Of a stretch of 64,000 bases of DNA, positions 31,925-64,000 are shown in pieces. Every line of letters begins with the position of its first letter. Position 1 is the first letter of the stretch. The DNA lies in assembly GCA_012295275.1 (NCBI GenBank), contig CM022670.1:3658001-3722000 (forward strand), read 5' to 3'. This stretch comes from Chrysomallon squamiferum. Taxonomy: Eukaryota > Animalia > Mollusca. Below the pieces are notes generated by a model that searched no databases, was not told where the DNA came from, and saw nothing but the letters and a program-made list of their open reading frames with translations. Made by a program: the position numbers and the translations under genes.

Positions 31925-32909
31925 GGTCTTTTGTGCATGAACATCAGCTTAATCCGAGTCTTGATGAATAATAATTTACGATTTTTTTTCAGTCAGATAA
32001 AGTTTATTTTATATGTATCTATGTCTGTCTGTATGTATGCGTGTATATGTGTGTGTGTGTGTCTCTGTGCGTGTGTCTGTGTGTGTGTGAATGGCAATGT
32101 TACAATTACGCACTTTCCGCTATTTCGTCTTTTCCGACGATCACTGATGACCTCGTTCTCGAGTAGCAGAGAACGAGGAGAGGACTCGCAGAAACTGGCC
32201 TCCTGACAGCTCATAAACAGATTTCTCAGAATAAACCTTTTTTTAATGATGTATTGCACTCGTTTCTACGCATCCTCACTTTTCGAAAATTTTATTTCTA
32301 TATAACACAAGCATTTCCAATGTTCTTGAGAAAAAAGGTAAAAAAAAATTGCCTTACAAAGTCATCTAAGTAGGCTTAGCGTGTGAGCGATTCTTTTAAA
32401 AACGTTTATGCTTTCAATAAATCATGTATTTAACTTTCTTTCTGCCAAATTTCATAGAAATATATAATTGCGATCATTGTTTGTTCGACTGAGAATAACG
32501 TTGAACGCAATTTACTTTTTTTTTTTTTTTTTTTTTTGGTCAGTTTTTGTTGATGTTTTCTTTGTCTTTGACTAAATAAAAAATTGTATACACTCCTCTT
32601 TTATATCTTAAGGATATATAGGCATTTTGTCTGACTTTTTTTTTTTTTTTTTTTAACTCTGGATCACAGTATTTGGCCAATTGACATAATAAAACAATTG
32701 GAAAAAAACTGGTACATTTTCCAGCGATTGAAACTGCCGTAACTCGTTCAATTTTCAAAATATTTAAAAAATGTTGGTATCATTTTGTTTGTTTCTTTAG
32801 GCGCTATCAAATGAATCAGGACATTTTCTGCTATCTTAGAGATGATTTTTTTGTAACATACCTAATATATATATATATCCATATATGTATATGTATGTAT
32901 GTATGTATG

Positions 32910-32941
<32 letters not shown>

Positions 32942-33127
32942 TGTATGTATGTATGTATAAGTTCTTTATTGATTCATGGAAACCATGCAATTAAAACAGC
33001 ATTCATGACTATAATTCCAGTCTGTGAAAGTCCAGTTCTTGTAAATATCTGGGTTGGACTCATTTCAGTCATAACACTTGAAAATCCAAGATTCATATAT
33101 GAACTCAACGCTTTATTTTTAGTTATC

Positions 33128-33173
<46 letters not shown>

Positions 33174-33469
33174 GAGATAAAAAACACCCCCAAAGACCCT
33201 TTACAGTAAATTAGGCTGTGGAATTCTCTTAACAAAACATTTTGTTATTATAAACTACTTGTCGAGTGTAATTGTGTAGTAAATGCAGTCAGATTCTGGT
33301 ATAGAAAAAGCTGAGTGAACCTGCTGATTGATTTCTAATGATCCAGGTGTCGAATGGAAATCACCGCAAAGTTTCTCTCTTTCTTTGCAATTTCATAAAT
33401 ATTTCATAAATATTTTATAGTTTGTTTTTAATTTTTTCCACATTCAATATTTAATTAAACACGCATGGC

Positions 33470-33532
<63 letters not shown>

Positions 33533-35548
33533 ACACCGTTTATGCCAGTGGGTTATATGTGTTTACATATTAATATTTTAATTTCTGTACGAATTGTTTT
33601 ACACATATAAACCCTCTCGCATTTGTTTTACACCCATAAAACCTCGAACACAGTTTTTACATATATAACCTCTCATACATTATTTTACACGTAATCTATA
33701 AGCTTTCACACTTGTAAACAAGGTGAAAAAGTCAGAAAAAAAGGAAAGTGAGAGAATAAAAAAAAAAGAGAGAGAGAAAGAAAAGAAGACAGATTATTAA
33801 GTAGACACAAAAAGAAAGATAGTAAGAGATGAGAGAAGAAGAAGGTCTAAAAAAAAAAAAAAAAAAAAAAAAGAAGTAAAGAGTATATATACACACGAAA
33901 GAATTATTTTCAACGGAGGATTACACGAGTGACCTCTCCTGTCAATGTAAACCATAATTTCTGATTACGTGACTGTGATCGTTCTGTTTGTGCGGACGTA
34001 AAAGTAATCTGGCGGAAGACGTTGATCGAACTACTTTCTCTCTATAGTTCTCAGCTGATTAGCTCAAAGTAAATGATCGGAAGGGGGACTAAGCGGGCGG
34101 AATCATTATGACAGGCCAATTGCAATTTATTCCACATTGTGAGGTTCTTAGATAATGAAAATTGGTTCAGAGAAGGCGACAGTCGCAGCAGGATGCTCTC
34201 TCGCTGAAATGTAAGGACGGCGTGGTTTGACCAATAACTGCTGATCCCGTAGTCATAAAACAATTTCAGCCGAAGATATTTTTATCCTTCTCTGCGTTAA
34301 AGAAATTCCATTAAGATTCTGTAGCGTACAGGACCAGACTGTGTAGCAGGGAGGGGCCGATGAAATTGAATTTTTTTCTTTTTCTGCTTTGCTTCATTAT
34401 ATTCGCTTTATGTGCATTAAGTACAGTCAGTTTTTCGTGTAATGGGCCGATGTCATTTCAAACGAATTGGCACTAATGTGGAACCGATATACAAACACAC
34501 AGATCAATGTTCTGTACTTTTATCAAATATTATTATTAGTTTAACATGTTTATACTTTTTAATTAATTGTTTGTCTGTCTGTCTGTCTCTCTCTTTCCGT
34601 CTCTCTCAAACGCAATAAGAATATATTTTTATTTGTTCGTGATGTTAAAATAAATAATTTAATTGTCATTATCTGAATATCCGCTTTGCTGTTTTCATTT
34701 CTGCTTTAAAAAAAAAAAGAAAAAAAAAAGGCCCAAACGAGATTTTATCAAATATAAAGCATATCTTTATTTCAATTAATTGTCACAAACAAAAGTGCAA
34801 ACTTCAGACTAACGACAACGTTTTCAGTGAGCACCATACCATACTGCATTGAGGTTAACTGTTTTTCCCATTCTTGCCAGTACGGTACAACTGCTTTTTA
34901 TCATTTTGTCACAACTGTACGATTAGTTTTCACTGGCTAACAGGATAATCCTATTATTTGAGATTATCCATTATAATGGAAGTAAATTTTAATCGACTGG
35001 ATTTTTCATTGCGGTTTGTCTCTACGGGTTTCCCCGCCAACGAACCGTGAACAAAAAATAAATTGTTTTCACAATAAATATTCTGAACCAGTAGTTATGT
35101 AAATGACCTTTATATTTTTCAAAAGGATAAAAATAAAGTCGTAACTGCGCCAAACTAGATTTGTTTATACTTTATGTATGTCATTTCTAATATATTTCGC
35201 TAAAATGTGCAGAGAACTAGTTAAGACTCCGCAGGCTTAATACCTTTATGACATCTACAGCACGTATTTCGATTTCCATTTTAAAATTACATTATGTTGT
35301 GAATCAACAGTACAGAAGTCTAAAAGCCCGGGACAGTTATGCATTCGTAGACATTTTTTTTAAATAATAAAGTTTGTATCTGTTTGTGTGAACTGGTACG
35401 AATCTCGTAAAAAAGTAGTTAACTTCGTAATTATCTCGTTTTGTCTTATCCTTCAAAACCCTATACATTATTTTTATTTTCGACGTATTTCAATTTTTTT
35501 AGATTGTAAACAAAAGCGCTTATATAAATTAAGTACTTTGATCTTGAT

Positions 35549-35775
35549 CAGTTATAACCGACAATCTGCCTTACACTTCGCTCCTTTATAACTGAAAATT
35601 AGCCTGATACTTAATTCGTTATAACCGAAAGTTTGCCTTACATTTAGTTCGTTAAAACTGAAAGCCACATTTTTATTTAGTTCCTTATAACCGAAGTCCA
35701 GTCTTATACCAATCGAAATCTTTACCTTCAGTTCTTTATAACCTATTTTTACGTTAGGTTCATTATAACCCAAGT
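35549..35775. repeat. Degenerate tandem repeat (~7 copies of a GTTCGTTATAACCGA core) in the GABA-B 3'UTR region
   Basis: A TTATAACCG/TTATAACTG core recurs every ~30-50 nt. Confidence 0.7.
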
Positions 35776-35948
35776 CTTACACTCGATACATTACTATGGA
35801 ATTCTACACTAGGCTCATTACAAGCCACTCTTAAACTCGGATTGTTACATCCGACAATGCTATACTATCAAGACGCTTCTTAAACCTGCCTAGTATAAAT
35901 ATATTCCAAATCGTCCTGGTGCGTTTCAGCATCAGATGAAACATCTTG

Positions 35949-59070
<23,122 letters not shown>

Positions 59071-59395
59071 CTGAAAAAAATAGAAGTAGAGAAATATATT
59101 TATATATATATGTAGCATAGAGACGCATGCAGAGATGGAAATGAGCGTTAGGAACGAGAGATACACAACAAGGTCTGTGAGGTTAAAGTTAGGAAAGACG
59201 GGAGTGCAAATGTTGGAAGTTCCATCGTGATCATTATATTTTTGTTTTATTTATTTTCATTTATTTTTTATTTTCATTTTATTTTATTTTATTTTTTGGG
59301 AATCTGAAAGTGAAGCTTCTTATTGGTTTATCTAATATCTGTTATATGTATGTGTTTATACATTGTGTATGTATATATGCAAGTATGTATGTATG

Positions 59396-59426
<31 letters not shown>

Positions 59427-59461
59427 GTAGGTATGTAGATAGGTAGGTATATCTATATCCA

Positions 59462-59502
<41 letters not shown>

Positions 59503-60838
59503 ACCTAAAAGTATGTATGTATGTAAGCCTGTTAGTTTCTATCATCTCATTTTAATTATTTGGGTTAATTTTCCATATTTATTCATTACATAAACTGTCG
59601 ATTCACTAAACTAATTGTTACATATGAAACACTGTAATTACTGAATACAGAATAATTCGTGAAGAAAAATGGCTCCCGAATAAAATGAAAAATCATAATC
59701 TGAATATAATTAATACCACAATATTATTAACCGCATAACCCCGTTTACCAGTCTGTAGTTTTAAGATCTATTTGATAAGCTTGACCATGACGGCTGTATA
59801 ACCACATAAACAGCAGACGATTATCATCCCTAACACAATCCACACAGAGAATATTTATTGATAATTGCCTGGATGCCTGGAAACTCTTCGTTTCTTTCTT
59901 TCGTATCAAATCTGGTCACAAAGTTTCGACAAGAGCGCGTTCGATTGTGAGAAAAGTTTACTGGGGCGAAGATCGATGGGGGGAAGGTGTTTGAAGAACG
60001 CGTCCGGGGGATCGGCTCGGCACTTACTGTGGGACAGCGCATGTCAAGTGAGCCTTGTCAATTACCGCAGTCTCGGAAAGTCTCGGAAAGTATCGAAAAT
60101 AACGCGTTTCCCGTGTTTTTAATTTTACTCGAGTGTCAAACGTATCAGTGATTTTGCCGAAAGGATCGCCGCATGTTCCATTTTGCTTAAACTAATTTGT
60201 GCTTGGAAAAACGCTGTAATGACAACGGCGATGTTTAACCAGGTTGCAAAATTCGTCTGTACGACGGTGAAATGCAAAAAAAAAAAAAAAAAATGAAAGT
60301 AAATTAACAAATAAATAAATAAATAGAGAGTTTATAAAAAAAAAAAAAAATGTTTAGTAGAAATTTGGTTACTGAAAATTACGTAACAAATTAAAAAAAA
60401 TTAAATACCAGAGGGGAGCATAATTTATTTATTTATTTAAATGATTAAAGTTTTAATAATTCGGAAAGCAGACAAAAGTTACAAAATTTGGAAATGAAAA
60501 GGAACTTACGTATGAATCAAAGTTTGATTTTTGATTTTAGGGATCGTACTATTGTCAATTGATAGATAGATAGCCTGTCATACAGATAGGCAGACAATTC
60601 TTACAGTTAAGACAGCACATACCACGGCATTTTATAAACGAGTCATGAATTCTTTGTTGTTAAGGGAAGTAATCCTATTTTATTAGTGCGGAGAAATGAT
60701 GTATAGAAATGGCAGGCAGTGAGTAGAAAGGGATTTAGAAAAACTGGCGCACAGCAGAGTATTGATCCTGAAACTCATGTGTCCCAAGGAAAGGCCTGTA
60801 CGACTATATCATAACCTTCCTCTGATAAACTATAGTTG

Positions 60839-60842
<4 letters not shown>

Positions 60843-60880
<38 letters not shown>

Positions 60881-60885
60881 GTAGT

Positions 60886-60977
<92 letters not shown>

Positions 60978-61028
60978 ATAATAACAACAACAACACAATA
61001 ATAATGGTAATGATAATGATGACTATAA

Positions 61029-61083
<55 letters not shown>
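60843..61083. repeat. Compound (TAA)n/(TAG)n microsatellite
   Basis: Direct reading. Confidence 0.95.
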
Positions 61084-61086
<3 letters not shown>

Positions 61087-62286
61087 CAGTAACAAGATGA
61101 TGATGATGATGATGATATTCCAGTCAGCAAATCACAATTGGCAATAAACAACCGTATCTTCTAAGCAGTAATCGAAATACGAAAGGAGAATTAGATCTAA
61201 ACCAATTATGTAAATAGGCCACATAACGAAAATACTGTTTATAAATTGCCTTTAGTAACTAACGTAGACGTTGTGCACACGAAGTGTTGCTTCATAAAAG
61301 TTGACCATTGTGTATACACGGATTGGTTTTTAAGGCAAACCAAAGCGCCTTGATTGATTTCATTTGGTGTGTGCAAACAACAACAGCAACAACAAAACAA
61401 CACAAAAAGCATCGATACGCAATAACCACGCCTCACAAACCCTCTCATCTCTCTCATGTTTTACATTCACTTTTCGTAATAATAATAATAATAGTAACAA
61501 CAACAACAAAAGTAGTTAAAAACGTATCTAGAAAAATAGTGATATTCCCCCCCTCTCCACTGAAAAGCTTATTTGAGACTATTCATAATTATATCTTCTT
61601 GTTTGGGTTATGGATTATAATCACCTTTAAACAAATGAAAGCATATTTTAAAACTATCATCATGTAAACCTTTGCGGTGCCAAATACCCAAAGTGAAATT
61701 CAAGCATGCACGAGGTCTGAACTTTACGAAAACGTATCATGGCTGCATGAAGTCATTAATTTGCGGAATTTCATTACAGTTTCGTTGGCCTGTGTATTTT
61801 CCAATCACTGGTAAAATGGGTCACTTCGTGACACTCCTGCCAACCTGATTCTTGGGTCAGCAGGAGCCTATTTTCCGTCTGTAGGTTAAACAAACACGTT
61901 ATCTGATTAAAAACCTCTCTCTTCGCCACACACACTCATCTTGACGGAGTAAACATATTTCGATACCTCACTTATCATTAAGTTATATGTCTGTCAGTGC
62001 ATACTGATTGATCATTGTCTTAAATATATATGTATTTAGGAGTATAAATGAATTGTTGTTGTTTTTTTCTAACATAAATTCTTTTTGATAGTTTTCGTGC
62101 AGTGTTTGCTCAGAAAAATATTCGATGGTATAAGAAGATTGCCAAGCCTCGTTTGTAAATCGGGGCCTCCCGTACGGAAATTGGATGCACGAAATTATCA
62201 TCCATTCAGATTAACAGTTTAATGATGATGACGAATAATACTAATACTACTACTGCTGCTACTACTACTACTACTACTACTACTAC

Positions 62287-62334
<48 letters not shown>

Positions 62335-63535
62335 CAACAACATCAACAATAACAGTAATAACAATAATAACAATATTAATAATAATAATAATACAACAGC
62401 AACAACAACAATAATAATAATATACAAAAGAGTTTTTAAATAAATAAAACAAAAAACAAATAAATTATTAAATTATTAAATAAATAAATGCAAAGCGTTG
62501 TCTTTTGAAACAGAAACCTGACATATTAAAGTAGATTATAATCTGCACATTATCGATAATAAAATGATTAGTTTTTCATCCTTCAAGGACTGTGTCTACA
62601 GTATCGACCCAGAAAGCAAATTCTAGTTCGGGACGTGACAATTAGCAACAATATGACATTTCTTTATCGGCCGGACCAAATCAAATTGATCTATATAAAA
62701 CTGACTGGAAATTGTAAAAATATAAAGAAACATTACTGACGCAAAGTACGTCAACTACAAATAAACTAGTCTGTAATATGTGGACACAGCCAATCATTAA
62801 TTTTCAGCAGCACTTAACCCGTTTTATATTAACGGTTATATGTCTTTTGTATTGGCAGCATGAAAGAAGAAACCAAAAATATTCAATATGAGATCTTAAC
62901 AACCAAAGCATCTTTTATTGGCAGTTTTCCGTAGTCAAAAATGTGTATTTAACTAAAAAGAAAATAATAGTGGGCACCTAGTTGGATCGGGAAATAACCC
63001 CCAGACTACCTTTAACAGAAAAAAGAACTGAACTTGCAACTTTTCGGTCTTAGCCGTGATCTCATTTTAAGTCATAGCTTGCTCCTTTAATGCAGAAAGC
63101 TCATCATTCAAATATGTGAAATTGTCAGATGAAACGAAATTTATCTAGACGAGGTGAAATCGGAAAAAAAAATCGGATATAGGCAGACTTTGTACATGGT
63201 TAATTTCATTCCTGGAAAATTAAATGAATTTGGCTTCGCCGATTACGAAATGGATTTTCCAAAACAATTTTTTGTATTCACAGAAACTCCTGGCCTTTGT
63301 TTGTAAAAGTCTAGCGCTATGACTGTTTACAGTTTGCACGGTCTCAAATTTTATGTTTTCTGTCTAGACTTCGATGTTTAATAAACAGAAGTCGATAGCT
63401 TTAAAACAGCACTTGGTCTCGGAAATTTACAGCTGATAAATCAGCGGTTGTTTTGTTTTATTTTTATTTAACTGTTTTCCTCCAATTACATGTATGATCA
63501 TAAAAATCTTGTTCCTGTTTCCTAGATTTTATATT

Positions 63536-63537
<2 letters not shown>

Positions 63538-63631
<94 letters not shown>

Positions 63632-63745
63632 CTCCTTCCTTAACTCATTTAAAAATAAAAAAGTAGATCTTAACCGTCATACATTTAATTTAGTATTTAC
63701 TAACTGAATCTGGATATATGTGTATGTTTGTGTGTGTGTGCGTGC

Positions 63746-63839
<94 letters not shown>
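63538..63839. repeat. (CT)n and (AG)n tracts in inverted arrangement
   Basis: (CT)n about 63538-63627, (AG)n about 63748-63839. Confidence 0.95.
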
Positions 63840-63842
<3 letters not shown>

Positions 63843-64000
63843 TATGTTTTTTTCTCAGAAACTCGATCCTCTCAGACGACAGCTAATCAACCAGAAGCTA
63901 AAGTCAGAGTGGAACTTTTTTTATGAACTGTTACATACTGAGATTTCCGTGCTGAAAATATAACTGAATGCTTTTTTACTTTTTATTATTATTATTTTTT

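Noticed and set aside
32144-32200. Hammerhead ribozyme (CTGATGA + stem)
   Set aside because: The stem is followed by AGAGG rather than GAAA, and I could not build stems I and III.
60015-60041. REST/RE1-like site (TCGGCAC...GGACAGCGC)
   Set aside because: Wrong spacing, a mismatched left half, and REST is not expected outside chordates.

Overview
AT-rich, microsatellite-laden animal genomic DNA with spliceosomal introns. The repeat style and gene structures resemble an octopod cephalopod or other mollusc; this is inference only. Five protein-coding genes were rebuilt exon by exon from splice sites and reading phase. (1) GEMIN5 (minus, ATG 17569, 15 exons traced to 3529) lies head-to-head with (2) MRPL22 (plus, 18208-21058). 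(3) A two-domain cyclic-nucleotide-binding (CNBD2-like) gene (minus, 26418-22197) has an apparent duplicated promoter and first exon at 29345-29900. (4) TIMM8 (plus, 27637-27900) sits antisense between the two first exons. (5) The 3' part of a GABA-B receptor subunit, most like the R3 type (minus, 59070-35949), has its 5' end beyond the window. Also present: MITEs, minisatellites, a decayed exon duplicate, an intronic inverted repeat, a GC-AG intron and two single-base frameshifts in A-runs, probably assembly errors. No prokaryotic features, rRNA, intact tRNA or CRISPR array were seen. Most ORFs in the supplied track are microsatellite artefacts.
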